Assembly: GCA_964016885.1 (NCBI GenBank) | Contig: OZ024744.1 | Span: 84,506,001 to 84,570,000 of the forward strand | DNA from: Eledone cirrhosa | Lineage: Eukaryota | Reading direction: 5' to 3' | Length of the DNA stretch: 64,000 bases | Shown: piece by piece, positions 37,644 to 52,543 of the stretch | How the letters are laid out: the number at the start of each line of letters is the position of its first letter | How positions within the stretch are numbered: position 1 is the first letter of the stretch | Translations under genes and position numbers: made by a program | The notes under the pieces: model-generated | What the model saw: only the letters and a program-made list of their open reading frames with translations | What the model was told of the DNA's origin: nothing | Databases searched by the model: none

Positions 37644-39045
37644 CTAAGTAATAGGTTTATAGTGGTAGAAGGAATTAAGTTTCATGTGAATACAAGAAGA
37701 GAAAATCTCCGATTTCCTATTTAGTAAGTCATAGTTAGAGTAAACTATATGGCGTGAGACTCAAGCAGGCAAAGGTTACAAGTTTTGCTCGGCGGGGCGG
37801 TAGGGTGGAGATTTAGTCACCAACCTCCAATTGAGTGTATAATCTATACCATCATATTTTAAAGAATGGATATATTTAGCTAGGGAGGTAGCATTTTTAA
37901 GCCTATTATATCTAAAAGTATAATTGTGGGAGTTGAATCTAGTTTTAAAAGCTGTCTTAGTAGAGGTTGTTGTTACAACATCACACGCATAAACAATATT
38001 CTTCGTGAGGCAATTGCCTTTTAAAGGGCAATTTCCACTCCTTCTACAATTACAATTACGGTTTGTGTCGTTATTCATACCTTGGGATGGCCTATTGTTA
38101 AAACCCACTTGACCTGGAATGTGTTCATTCGATGTGTTGTTAGCGAGCTGCGGTGCCACACTAGCCAATGTGTTAGGTTGTTGTTGGTTATTCACAGATT
38201 TAATATCTTCAAAACCTACACTAATTTTCTGATTATTAGTACGTGCCAGGTGGTAAGCTAGATTCGGTGTAGTGGAGTACGATAATTTAATTGTGTTTTA
38301 TTTAATATACTATGGTATCTGTTGCCCGGCGGGAAGTTCTTTTCTGGGATTAAGAAGAATGTTTTGGGAATGTTAGTTAAGACCTCAGAGTTATATGGTG
38401 GGTTAGAAAAGGTGTTCATTCTTCTTCTATTTTTTCTATTTTCCCCCACTTCAGTCCGGTTACCACCAGAACTACTACTCTCTCCTTCGCCTACGGAACC
38501 AAGTCCACTATATACTGGTCGTGAAACTCTCACATTATATTGGTCAATACGCCCACCTGATACTCTACCATGAGTATAGTTTCCAAATCTCGACACACTT
38601 CCATTAGTGTAACCAGTAGGAGTATTTGGAGGATGTATATTATGGCCATTCAGTCTGGGCCGGGCTGAACCAATCCCTATATGGGTCCTATCTAGAGTTC
38701 TATAACTGTTAGCATTATAATTATAATTCAAAGACATATTGTGCGTAATAACATTATTATGCCCAGCTATGGTGGATTGGGAGCTAGTAGGTACGAAATA
38801 TAGTTTATTCTTATAGCCAGAGTTAGCTAGTGCCTCGTTATAATAATCCACATTAGAATTGAAAATATCTTCTCCGCATGATAAACGGCTGATCCTATTA
38901 GATACCCCCTTAGTAATAGCATTCAGTACTGATTTAGGGTGGTTGGATCCAGCATGTACATAAGTTAGTTTCTCATTAGGTGTGAAAGTCTTATTTTCTA
39001 GATCTAGTGTTGCATCCAAGAAATTTACTGTTTTATTATTCTTTA
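37644..39045 (-). pseudogene. PLE4: 5'-truncated, frameshifted PLE ORF (RT thumb, G/S/N/R-rich insert, GIY-YIG)
   Basis: VNFLDATLDL, SNHPKSVL, SNPPYN, CNCRRSGNCPLKGNC, FKTRFNSH, LLNRKSEIFSSCIH. Confidence 0.88.
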
Positions 39046-39196
39046 TAACAGCTCTGTTCATGTACATTGAGCTAACACAATACTGCCATAATACAGTACG
39101 GTGATTGTGTGTTTATGCACATACGCTCTGTACTTTACGTAAATAACTATTTATATATATATATATACATGTATGTATGTGTGTATGTATATACAT

Positions 39197-39337
39197 ATTT
39201 GAAAAAAAGGAAAAGAATCACTTCACTTGTAGTGTTAAAAGATTTTGGATTTAATTTTCTAATATTATAATATAAAATTAAATCAGAATTTTTTAACACT
39301 ACAAGTGAAGTCATTCTTTTCCTTTTTTTTCAAATAT
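39197..39337. repeat. Foldback with ~64-bp arms
   Basis: atttgaaaaaaaggaaaagaatcacttcacttgtagtgttaaaa versus ttttaacactacaagtgaagtcattcttttccttttttttcaaat. Confidence 0.85.
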
Positions 39338-39414
39338 ACCTAACTGTACCAAGGATCTCACACATTTTCCAATATATATATATATTTATGTAATAAACAA
39401 CATAAGGTAATTAA

Positions 39415-39476
39415 TTCATTTACCAGTGGTTTCTTGAAGACAGATATTTATATCTGTCTTCAGTCGTCAGAATGAA
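39415..39476 (-). ncRNA. Canonical type I hammerhead motif in a ~220-bp element (39385-39600)
   Basis: ttcatt-CTGACGA-ctgaagacagatat aa atatctgtcttcaa-GAAAC-cactg-GTA-aatgaa. Confidence 0.87.
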
Positions 39477-39828
39477 TAACATGGGATGTTTATTAAATAT
39501 GGATTTGAAAACAAAATTTAGGAAATATGAAAATGAGTCTGAAATCAAATAACGGGCAAAGAATTGAGGGGGAAAATATATATAAATAAATATCCAGAAC
39601 ATAAACATACACACACTCAAACACACGCTTATACATAATAGTACGTAAACGTATACATTCTTACATAAGTGTATGTGCTTCTACATGGAAAGACGAACAC
39701 ACACATATAAACGTGTGATCTTTTGCCCACATATGCGCGCACACAGGCGCACACTCACACAGGTACTGAATAATAACGTAAAATTTATATATAGACACCT
39801 GCATATTTCCCCATACACATATACACAA

Positions 39829-39901
<73 letters not shown>

Positions 39902-39939
39902 AACACATATACATACATATATATATATATATAGCTATT

Positions 39940-40415
39940 GCATGAAGACGACAAGACTGTACAAGAGCATCGTGCTGCCGACAGTGCTTTATGTGAGCGA
40001 GACCTGGAAGAGTACGGCAAAAATAGAGAGACGGCTGAACGCTTTCCACCAGCGGTGCCTGCGAAAGATCCTTCGTGTGTCCTGGTGCGACCGAGTGCGA
40101 AACGAGGAGATCCTGCGGAGAGCCGAGTCGTGGACGCTACAGAGAGTGGTCGCGGAGCGTCGGTGCCGTCTGGCTGGCTATATTCTGCGTCGCCCAAATG
40201 AACGGCATTCGAAAACAGCGATGACCTGGACTCCGCCTGGCGGTAAACGGAGGCGGGGTTGCCCAAGGATCACCTGGCGACGAACGTTCTTCCGGAAGGA
40301 CCTGATGGCAGCCAACATCACCTGGTCTCGAAAAGGTTGCCGCTGATCGTGACCGTTGGCGAGTACTTACTGCTCGAGGCACCGAACGGCGCGGAAGAAT
40401 CTAAGACTAAGACTA
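39940..40415 (+). mobile_element. RTE-clade LINE 3' fragment
   Basis: RLYKSIVLPTVLYVSETW..AFHQRCLRKILRVSW.DRVRNEEIL..GKRRRGCPRITW; (TAAGAC)n tail. Confidence 0.88.
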
Positions 40416-40649
40416 TATATATATATAGAGAGAGAGAGAGAAATCGAGGATAAACCTCCTACATCCAGATATGCCTCCGTAAACAATAACTCTCTACTTG
40501 AGTGGGCCATGGTGCCCAAATCCTGATTTGAAGACTTCGCCAGGTGGTGCTATTAAGTTAGACATGGCCTGGGCCAATACTGGCCGAAACCTATCAAAGT
40601 TATCAAAATTATCAAAGTTATATATATAGATATATATATATATCAAAGT

Positions 40650-40679
<30 letters not shown>

Positions 40680-40680
<1 letters not shown>

Positions 40681-41053
40681 AGGAGGTGAGTTTTATTGTA
40701 GTACAATAAAGCAATGCAGATATCGGATAAGTAGCACTCTACAGTTTGTAGGACTGGAGTATACATAATATATAAGATCAAAAGATGGTTAAAAGAGTTC
40801 CATGTATTTTATTATGCGCATTTCAAAAACAAATATCATCATGCAATAACATTTGCGTTTTCGTCAGATAAAATAGGGAGACATGATATGAAGGTTAAAA
40901 CACACTTGTGTCTCCCTATTTTAAAACACACTAATGTCTCCCTATTTTATCTGACGAAAACGCAAATGTTATTGCATGATGATATTTGTTTTTGAAATGC
41001 GCATAATAAAATACATGGAACTCTTTTAACCATCTTTTGATCTTATATATTAT
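40680..41053. mobile_element. Asymmetric foldback: arms 40765-40885 / 40934-41053 plus ~85-bp tail; hammerhead in each arm
   Basis: Apparently perfect inverted arms; minus-strand hammerhead at 40805-40875. Confidence 0.88.
40943..41013 (+). ncRNA. Type I hammerhead motif
   Basis: tattttat-CTGACGA-aaacgcaaatgtta...tgatatttgttttt-GAAA-tgcgc-ATA-ataaaata; palindrome ATGCGCAT. Confidence 0.82.
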
Positions 41054-41124
41054 TTATATATAACTTTGATAACTTTGATAACTTTGATAGGTTCCGGCCA
41101 GTATATACATATATATATATATAC

Positions 41125-41399
41125 TTTCAATGTGGTCCACTCTTCGTGGTAGGGTCCATAATGTAGATAGAACTCAATGTAATCCTATAGCGAGTAATCC
41201 AGTGAAATCCATAGAAAGGTTCCCTGTTCCGATGAATTAATTCCATAGATACAGAGTCTGATATTAGACATTAATTTAACAATGAAAATATTAATAACAA
41301 AGTCAAGTTATTTTACCTATTTATATCATTGTTTTACGATCGTTTCGGGGGTTTGATCATATTGGCATATTGACTGATCTATAGCAGTTATATAACTGT
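41125..41399 (-). mobile_element. PLE 3'-end fragment with hammerhead 3' half (GAAACgatcGTA)
   Basis: Homology to 28060-28148 and 33811-33982. Confidence 0.72.
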
Positions 41400-41559
41400 T
41401 CGATGGGCTTCTACAATTTCTGTCTTCCGAATTTCATTTACAAAGCATTGATCAACCCAAACAGAAAATACTTGCCCAAGGTGCCACGCAGTGGGACTGA
41501 ACCTGGAGTCATGTGATTGCGAAGCGATCCAATTAACCACACTGTTATGTCTGCGCCTG
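41400..41559 (-). mobile_element. tRNA-derived CORE-type SINE
   Basis: A-box-like gtgtggtt, B-box ggttcagtccc, accttgggcaagt core; related copy at 63664-63760. Confidence 0.75.
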
Positions 41560-42439
41560 TACTGTTACCTCGGATGTTATTTTTAATGAATATATTCTAA
41601 AATTCAAATGAAAATTAATTTCAATTACATTATACTAATTGTAATCATTGTTGAAAGAAATTTCATTCAAATGTTTTGGTTTAATTTCTGTATAATTAAT
41701 TCATATAACATAGCTTCAAGCTTCCAAAAGTAATTTGAAAATTCATTGATTTCTGTTTTGAAATTTTTTTTTTTTTTTTTTTGTCTATATCTTGAAAAGA
41801 TGTTATTTATTTTCTAGATAATTTTTATTTTTGTTGTTGTTAGCGTCTCAATAATTGTGATTTTGTACAGAAGCATGTAGGTGATGCACGTAATCCTTAT
41901 GAGTCCCATCGCCCCCGCTGGAAACCCAGCTTTCTCGCAGAAAATGAAAGAAGAAATAATCTAGAATGGTTCCTAATTGACGTCATCAGTCCTACAGCAG
42001 GTCTTGATCACTCACAGCATTCAGAGTTGTACTGTACTACTGCTCATAACAACGAAGAATTACCCCCACTTAAATCTACCGACTTACAAATAGATGAGCT
42101 CGCTTTAAGGATTTTGAACATGATACAACACAATACAATAACGGTGAAAGAATTACTAACAACCAACTCGTTCTTCTGCTTTCTTATATACGAGTATAGT
42201 TCTTTAAGCAAATTATACTGTTCCAAGACACATCATGGCAGCTTAACGTCCATCTTGTTTTCTCTCCCTACTTCCTCAACTCAAATTAGTAATGCAATAT
42301 TCTCGATTATATTGATTCCATTATATGACACAGAAGGATGAAAGAGAAACGAGGCCACCACTTCAGAACTTAGTAAAAAATAAATTGAATGCTGAAATAT
42401 ATTTAACATGGTATTCTCCCCATCCCAATTAACAGAGGG

Positions 42440-43736
42440 TTGTTTCAAATGGTGTCCCTATCACCATTTCTCTTCTGTCGAGCAGTGACACCATTATCTG
42501 AAATACTAAACATAACTGGACGGCAAGAAACGTATGGGTGATCTAAATCTATAGGCAGCAGACGAGAGACAACTTAAAATACTTCAGCAGAAAGTTCATT
42601 GATTCACAAAAGAAATAGGCATGAAATTTGCACTAGAAAAATGCGTCTAGACAAACCTGAAGATTGGAAGACTAGTGAAAATTATACTAGATAAGAGAAT
42701 TATATCAAACAGACATACAAATACTTAGGAAGCAATGAACCAGTAAAGGTTCAACACACAAAAATGAAAGAAAATATTAGAAGCGATACTATAGGCGGAT
42801 TAGATTACTACTTAAACAGAACTCAGTATAAAGTATAAGGTAATAGGCATCAATGCTTGAGCAATCTCGGTGATAAGCCGCAGTTTTAGTAATCTTGACT
42901 GGACACTAAAAGAACTGGGAGGGATAGACAGAAAACAAGAAAAATAATGACTGCATTTAGAATACTTCACCTAAAAGCAGATATAGAGAGATTATATCTA
43001 CCACGAACACAGGGAAAAAGAGACTTAAATCAACTAGAAAACTATTATAAAATAATCACTTTATGGGGATAAAAATATCTAACGAAGAATGGTGGAAAGT
43101 TAAAACAAATAAATACAAAACATGGATAAAATAAAAAAAATGTTTTCTATCTCCAAGGCAGCCAGCAAATTCAAGATGGAAGCTGAATTGAGAGATGTTT
43201 ATGAAGAAAATTAAAACACAAAAGATACAGCAACAGAAACTCCAAACTAAAAACTGATCATTAGAATACTATGCTAAAAAAAATGGCAAGAAAAAAACCT
43301 TACATGACCATTACCCGATAAAAAGTAAATAAGGAGGAAGCGGACAGATAAAACTCATGAAACTGATAAAGAAGCACTGAACTAAAAGCCGAAACTGAAA
43401 GATTTCTAATTGCAGCACAAAGTCAATGTCACCTCCACCAGAAACCACCTAAATATACAATGAAGCAGAATACAGTAAGTAACTTCAGAATACGTGATGA
43501 TGAGGAAGAAACAATTAGCCACATTTCTCAAGCAGTGCAGTCTTACCCATAAAACAATACATACACTAACATGAAAGAGTTCGGATTTACATTCACTGAT
43601 AGTTATGCCAACATTACGAAATAGCAACATACATACACCTGAAAAGGTGTCAGACAAAGCAACCATACTCTGGTATGCCAATACATACAAAAAGGGGAGA
43701 ACAAAGCCAACCAACCGGATATTATAGTCAAAGATT
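42440..43736 (+). mobile_element. Heavily decayed Dong/R4-type (RLE) LINE fragment
   Basis: Remnant peptides YM.DL.LY, IGMKF.LEKC, YKYLG, LHLKADIERLYLPR, LKAETERFLIAAQ. Confidence 0.7.
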
Positions 43737-43910
43737 GGCAGTATCAGTAGAGAGGCCGATGCCATGCTTTGTAGCATAGAGTTACGCCTCTTTATGATAT
43801 GAGTTCAAATCCCGCCGAGGTTAACTTTGCCTTTCATCCTTATGTGGTCGATGAAATAAAGTACCAGTAATACACTGGGTAATTGCTGGCCTTGTGCCAA
43901 AAAGTAAACC
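43737..43910 (+). mobile_element. tRNA-derived SINE with Meta/Sauria-like central domain
   Basis: B-box gagttcaaatccc then gcctttcatcct..ggtcgat.aaataaagtaccag; second copy at 61336-61510. Confidence 0.75.
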
Positions 43911-43989
43911 ACAAAGAAAAGAAACTCATCTAATTTAGCTACCTACTCCCCCTCCTTTCTATTTATTTTAACGCTACTTCTTTACTAAA

Positions 43990-46356
43990 ACCTATAGAAA
44001 CTAATCTAATCTCTCTGTTGAGAGCACCCCACCACCTGCTGTTGGGGAACTCCCCTCTCTCTCTACGTCATCTTACATTTAACTAAAGTGGTGACCCGCT
44101 TTACGCATCTGGAATGACATGTTAAGCTTCTAATAGCCAGGTTCTAACCTGTGTGTTCTATCTAGGTCGACCATGCAGATCACAAGTTGTAATCTGAATA
44201 GACCGTTCGGAGATGTGGACAACATATACTATCCTTATCTACTGACCTAACTAAAAACCCATCTATTTACGATCTTGATAACCCTATGCGGTTAGTCCAG
44301 GTCCACACTGGCGCATTAGGGAAATCTTGTCGGTACCTGTCAGACAGTTGGAACTGGCTGATCAAGCTCTTAAGGCTTTTGCACCCACCCACTCCCGCTC
44401 CTATCAGCTACTCCCACACAATTCCAGCGTGCGTCTAACATTCCTTTCCAGTCCCCCGCTAACAGTAAAGGGCGAGATGTTCCCACAAAGTCTTCCAAGC
44501 GCTTAAAGAAATCTGGCCGGCCGGCCCCGGTCGGGATGTAGATGGCCACCAGTTTAAAGGAAGCACTTGTGCTATTGCTCACGTCCGGGCCCACGAACTT
44601 ACTGTTCGGGTCCAGGAAGACCATACTTACCTCGAGATCCAGGCCTTTCCTAAACACCACTGCCACTCCACCGCCCATTCCCCACCGACTAATATATACG
44701 AAGATCTGATAGTCGTCGAAAATGGGGGCTCGTGCGCGCGTATCTAAAATTCTGATCTCGCTGACGGCAGTCATATGTAGTGATCTGAGGTCGTTCAGCA
44801 AGCCACTCTGCTTCCTGGACGACCCCAGCTCATGAACATTTATGCAACCTACTCTTAAGATAGCCATGTTGGTCGGTTGATCAAGTGCGAACATTTTTAC
44901 TTACACTCCGGCCGCTTGTTGAGGTCGAGTGGTCCCACCTCCATGTTTGGTGGGATTTCTTTTGGGAACCTCTTAAAAACCTACTCGTTGCTTTTACATT
45001 AGGGATTCCCACATCACGTGGAAAGCTCTCCCTAATGTTCTTGTAGGCAGCTAGTGATATTCGTACCATCCACAGATCTTCTGGTATTCTAAATATGCTG
45101 GTGCCAAATACCCCCTCCCCCTTCTCGATTTCTTTACTTTGTGCTATGAGGGCCATCAATTTTTCATTGGCCCTTCTTACTAACACTAAGGTTTCTGGGA
45201 TTTTTTGTTGTGGGAGTGCTTTTTTTCGTTTTGGGTGATTGTGGTAGTGGTGATGGTGTTAGTTTTGTTGTGAATGTGTCTGTGTTTGTTGTGTGTGGTA
45301 TCTGTGTTTTCTGTTGTATGTGTATATGAGTTTCGCGTTTTTTGTTTTGTCCTTTCTGTGTCCTCATTTGTTGGGGTTTTTTTGTTGTTTTTTTTCTTTC
45401 TCGTTCTAGTAGTTCTTCGTCTTAGCAACAAGAAGACGAGATCTCTGCGTCATTTTCATACATGTTTGTGTTTGTGTGAGTGTTTATGTGTGCATTTGTT
45501 TGGGTAGGGTGGAAAGGGAGGTGGAGAGCTTTCTTCGTCTTCCTCTTTGGTTGATACCATTGTTAGTAGTAGTTTAACTGTTGCTGCTGCTGTTGCTTCT
45601 GCTGTTGCTTCAACTGTTACTGCTGCCAGTGCTGGCGTTTTAGGTTGTGAGATTTTAATCCCGGCGCTGGTGTTTGCAGCAACGGAGTTTTGGGGGCCGT
45701 CTGCATTTTTGGGCTGAGAGCAGAAGGCTTGCAGATGTATTGCTTTGCTGCAGACGAAGCAGTGTGACCTTCTGCCCTCGGTGACCACGTGAATGGTGGA
45801 CCCGTCCTGAAGGCGAACATGGTCTGGGATGTTTTTGAGTTCCTCCGGTTTGATTTTGGAGAAGAATTTTCAAATGCATCCCGCCTCGTTCCTCTTGATG
45901 TTTTTCTGACGTCTATGAGGGTACGATCGGTACCTTCCTCGACCATACATCCTAAGAGCCACCATAGGTTCAGTCCTGGCAGGATCCTCGGAATGCGGAC
46001 CTTTACTGTTCTTCTGCCCATGTTTTCCGTTCTACAGAGTGCCACCGAATGTTTTGGACTGCACCGAAATGGTGCCGAACTGCCTGTCTCTTGCTATTTA
46101 TTCTATATCCTCTCTGATACATTTCAGTGCAGCCTCCACTTCAGATTGGAGGGCCAGTTCCGCTTTGCGAGTTTGGACTGAAATGCATCTACAAATCAAC
46201 ATCAACCTTTGCGTTGCTGCCATTACTTCATCTGCGAGGGTTAGGTTGACCTAAGTTCTTTCTCGCTTAGTTAGTTCCCATACCTGGGTCAAATGTTCTG
46301 CCTTGACTGAAATATATACAGCTGCAAATGTTCTGTTGTTGCTGTTGCTGTTCGTT

Positions 46357-46391
<35 letters not shown>

Positions 46392-46905
46392 GCTGCTGTT
46401 GCTAGTGGTGTCGTTCACCTTGTCACTGCCGTTTTTCCTCTCGTTGTGGTTGGTGTTGTTGGTGGTTTTGTTGTTGTTGCTGTTAGTTCTGTCGTCGTTC
46501 ATGTAGTTGTTGGTGGAGGTTTTTGTTGTTTATTTTCTTGTTGGTGTTGTTGTTGGTGTTGTTGCCATTGTTACTTTCCGTTTATTTTATTTTTGGTGTT
46601 GGTGCTACTGTTATTGTTGGTGATACTGCCTAAAGTGGTGGGGTTATCACTCTGCTCAACTTTTGAGCCGGTCACGTAATATCTGGTTCAACGTCAGGCG
46701 GCGTGTTCCATCCATATCTTTTTCACGGAAAAGATATTTCAAAAAGTAAAGTTCAAATATTACGCGGTCGCCTTTTTAGAGGCCATTGAATGGCACCATA
46801 TATACATTTCGTAAACAAAAATATTCAACAAATTCCACTTTAAAACAATTCAAAATAACCAAGCTTCTGGAGCCGATATGAACACGTCCGTCGCAAACGA
46901 GACAT
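43990..46905 (-). mobile_element. Decayed, internally deleted L1/Tx1-type LINE: 5'UTR, ORF1 with CCHC knuckle, APE endonuclease
   Basis: CFVCSKAIHLQAFC; LRVGCINV..AVSE..GGVAVVF..VAIYIP..LAGDW (44370-44870); ggacgtgt motif near the 5' end. Confidence 0.78.
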
Positions 46906-46907
46906 AG

Positions 46908-48690
46908 GGATGGATAGACTACAAGAAGGCATTCGAGATGGTTCCTTATTGTTGGATAACCAAAGGCCTAGAGATCTTCAAGGTGACAGACAACATCAGA
47001 CAGCTATTAAGTTATAGTATGAAGATCTGGGAGACAGAGCTAACTTCGGTGGAGAATCCTTGGGTGGAGTGAAGATCAAGAGAGATATTTTCCAAGGAGA
47101 TAGTTTGTCCCTTCTGTTGTTTGTCCTTACCCTCATGACCTTGTCCCTCATATTACGAGAAGTGAAAGCGGGATACAAGTTGGGAAGAGGAGAGCTTACC
47201 ATCAACCACCTCCTCTACATGGATAATCTAAAACTCTTTGGGAAAAGCGAGGAGTTGGATGAACTTGTTAACACTGTTCGTATTTTCAGCAATGATATAT
47301 GTATGGAATTGATGTTAATAAGTGTGGAATCCTAGTGATGAAGAGGGGTAAATTGAACAGAAGCAACGGAATCCAGGTACCAACAAGTGAGATGATAAAG
47401 AAAATCAACACTGAAGAGGGATATAGGTATTTGGGTGTTCTGGAGACAGATGACATCAAGAAGAAAAAAATGAAGGAATTGATAAGATCTGAATACATAA
47501 GAAAAGTAAGGAACATACTAAAATCGCATCTAAATAGTAGGAATGTCATAAGTGCAGTAAATTCCCGAGCTGTATCTATTATTATGTACAGTGCGGGGGT
47601 TCTGAAATGGAATGTTACTGAACAAAAAGAAATGGATAGAAAGACTAGGAAGCTAATGATTTACCTACAGCATGTTTCACAAGAGAAGTGGTATTGATAG
47701 ACCCTACTTAAAGAGATCTGAAAGCAGAAGAGGTCTTATCAGCATAGAGGACTGTGTTCAGATGGAGAAGAGCAGTCTACACAAATATGTGCCTGAGAGT
47801 AGGGAGCCGATGCTAAAGGTTGTACTGAAGGAGAAGGCAATAAACCAGGGGATGTCCAAGAAGGAAGTAACAACAAAGAGGAAGGGCAACCTTCTTTACG
47901 AAAACGGAATTCAGAGATCCACATACATGCAGCTGGTTAAAAAGAGGAGACCTTTAAAAAGCTACAGAAGGAATGTTAAATGCTGCACAGGAACAAGCCT
48001 CTAGAACGAAGTGAGTGAGACACCATATTGACAAGAAGGAGGCTAGCAGACTCTGTAGGATCTGTGGAGGGAGAGAGGAGACTGTGGCTCACATTGTATC
48101 CGAGTGTAAACACCTAGCCCAGGCTCACTATAAAGGATTGAGGTACGATATAATCGGAAAGGTGATTCACTGGCATCTATGCAAACTAAACAATTTACCA
48201 CATTCTGAGAAGTGGTATGAGCATAAGCCAGAGTCGGTGATAGAAAACGACCAGGTGAAGGTGCTATGGGATTTTAGGATACAGACGGACAAGAAATTAG
48301 AACACAATAGGCATAACTTGGTGGTTTTTGACAAGGAAAAAAGATCTTGCCTGATTGTTGATGTAGCCTGCCCCTTTGACACAAGAGTACAAGAAAGGGA
48401 TAGTGTGAAATTAACCGATACCAGGATTTAAAGTGGAAATTAAAAAGGATTTGGGACTGTCATGAGATCAAGGTAGTCCCAATTGTCATAGGAGCACTAG
48501 GTACTAGGTACTGAAAGAGTTTTCAACGACGGTTAAAGAACATTAGTCCAGCAAAAGGCATGCTTACTGGGAACTGCAATAACCCTCTGATACGTCCTGA
48601 ATATCTGAGGCTGCAGGTGGCGGCTTCATGTTCATTTCAACAAAGTGAGACTCCATGAAAAAAAAAAATAATAATAATAATAAAATAATT
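46908..48690 (+). mobile_element. 5'-truncated Dong/R4-type LINE (RT, CCHC finger, restriction-like endonuclease), frameshifted
   Basis: WIDYKKAF, IFQGDSLS, HLLYMDNLKLF, YRYLG, CRIC..ETVAHIVSEC, LWDFRIQTD, IVDVACPFD; (TAA)n tail. Confidence 0.88.
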
Positions 48691-49089
48691 TCGATAAAAT
48701 CATTATTGAAGTGTCTTTTAGAATCATCATTGATTCAGAGAAATGTCGAAGCGATAAAAACCGTTTAACACCACTTTGCACTTTAAGGAAATATTATTTT
48801 GAAACAATTTGTTTGATAAAGTTATTTGAATTTGATTTTTATTATCAGTCAATAAATTATGCATTCTGTTCTTTTCTGGGTTTATCTTTCCTCAGAAATA
48901 TGCATTTGTTGCTTTAATTTTATTTTTAGCGTTTTATTGTCAACTATATCAAATTCTATATTGAAATATCTTTCTCAGTGTTCAAAGCTGAATAAATACG
49001 TTGAGAGGTGGTTTGATTGAGTGTTTGCTTGGCTTGTCTGTTTGTCAAGGTATGTGTTTAGAAATCCGTGTTGTATGATATAATTGTGA

Positions 49090-49230
49090 AGGAACATAGC
49101 TTAGTGGTTAGAGTGTTTGGCTCCCGACCATAAGAACGTGAGTTCGATTACCGGCGATGCGTTTTATCTTTGAGCAACACACATTATTTCACGTTCTTCT
49201 AATCCACTCAGCTGGCAAAAGGGAATGTAC
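49090..49230 (+). mobile_element. tRNA-derived SINE
   Basis: A-box tagcttagtggtt, B-box gagttcgatt, tctttgagcaa core-like segment. Confidence 0.65.
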
Positions 49231-49378
49231 TTACATATATATATATTTACAAACATATATATACATATATATATATATATAAACATGTCAACATGAATGG
49301 AACTGTTATTTTTGTCTAAAGAAATTTTTTTCCAATTCTAACCCGCCCGTCCCTTCAATCCATCTTATTTCTTATTCT

Positions 49379-49416
49379 GTCTTCCGATGAAGGACTAGTG
49401 TCCGAAACGTTAAAAC
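49379..49416 (+). ncRNA. Minimal hammerhead motif in element 49262-49500
   Basis: gtctt-CCGATGA-aggactagtgtcc-GAAAC-GTT-aaaac; consensus with the 16363 copy restores a perfect core. Confidence 0.65.
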
Positions 49417-49528
49417 CATCTTCCTGCTATTTCAAGCGTTAACCAAATATATTTCTTCCATATACAGTACTGATTGTGTTGTTATTTCTGTTTACCTTTT
49501 ACATATATATATATATATATATACCTTT

Positions 49529-49701
<173 letters not shown>

Positions 49702-50132
49702 TGAGTGAGTGAGTGGTGAGATACGCGAGAAAGAAAAAGAGAGAGTGGAAAAGAATGAATGAAAGAGAAAAAGAATTAAAGTAGGAAAACGGCATAAGAT
49801 ATCTTTAGAATTAAGCAACCGATTCGCAGGTGTTATTTTCATTAACTACTTACCTGTGATTAATGTCACTGGTTAACTAATGATTAGCTGAAGAAATAGT
49901 TTTATTTTCCAATCCAAATTGGATATCGATGTTCGTGTTGACGTATGAAAGCCCATAATTGGAATTCATAAGTTTAATTAGAAGATATATGTAATATGTA
50001 GTTTCATTCTTACCAAAAAAGGCATTTCGCCACTGCTGCGCCACGATTTGAGGTGGAGGTGTAAGAGTGATTGGCTGTTTCCATTTCAATAGCTTCAAAG
50101 TATCTATGAGTGTGGGATGCGTATGCATGTAT

Positions 50133-50192
<60 letters not shown>

Positions 50193-50453
50193 CAAATAGT
50201 TATCGTTCTACATGGATGAATACAATAAATGTAATCTGAGTTTTTCGAATAGCAATAATAATAGTCGATTCATTTGCAATTATGCAAAAATCTTCTTTTA
50301 ATCAATGTCAGTAGAATGGGTCCCTTATTCTTGCTCTTGTCTTCGCATGTAAACAGAACTGCAGGCAGACACTAATGTTTCTGGGTGATTACTCTTCATC
50401 AGTTCAGTTTACTGTTCACTGTTTACTGTTCATTCGAAAAACTCAGATTACAT

Positions 50454-50534
<81 letters not shown>

Positions 50535-50578
50535 TATATAGATATACATATATATATATATAGAGAGAGAGAGATAGA

Positions 50579-51730
<1,152 letters not shown>

Positions 51731-51739
<9 letters not shown>

Positions 51740-52000
51740 TATCCACGGTAAGTTGTGGGATCTAGTCTGCATGAAGAACTCAATGTAATCCATATGTTGA
51801 AAATGTTGTAGGTTAAAATAAATCCCGGAAAACAATAAAACATTAAAAGGAAAACAGAGTCATGATATAAGTTAAAACAATGAAACAAAAATTCAAGTCA
51901 TTAGAAATATACTTCACTGCTTTACGATCGTTTCTAGGTGATGATAATACATCGTAACCATACTTCGTTATCGATCTATGTAAGGTTAGTTACAAAATAT
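51731..52000 (-). mobile_element. PLE 3'-end fragment related to PLE1
   Basis: atgaagaactcaatgta, acagagtca and ttcact..acgatcgtttctagg shared with 1911-2083. Confidence 0.7.
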
Positions 52001-52543
52001 CAGATAAGGAAAATATTTACTTACATGTATATCTCCAGCTGTTGATATACATGTAAGAGATTACGCAATAGTGATTGCCTAAACACGAGAAATGAATTTT
52101 TCACACGTTGTCCACACGTCGCCAAACACCTATTGCCTATCTACAAGGCTCCGGACTGATTCTTTGTAATTTTATTTTCAACCTAAAAATGTTCGCACTT
52201 TCGCAGTTATCTCCCTTACACCTCTCGCATGCCAGTTCTTGAAACTGAGACGCAGCCATTATGTATGTATTATGCATAATGTGTATATGTATATATATGT
52301 ATAATAAACATCCTTTTAGACTCGTTATGAATTTTGAAAAACCTGTGATAATGTCACTGCTATTCTTAGCAACAAAGGGAGAGCATCCCCGTGGCACCGT
52401 TTCTTGGTTTTTATCCGTCATCAGAGAGGCTTACTCCTTCACTGCTCAGACAAAATAAGCTGAAAGCGTATAGTTTTTTGCTTATATCAACTGATTATGA
52501 TAATTTGCATACAAAGCAAAAGCTGGCGGGCTCGAATCAATAA

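Noticed and set aside
46251-46679. Poly-Asn and poly-Leu ORFs
   Set aside because: (CAA)n low-complexity stretch in the Tx1-like ORF1 region; not an independent gene
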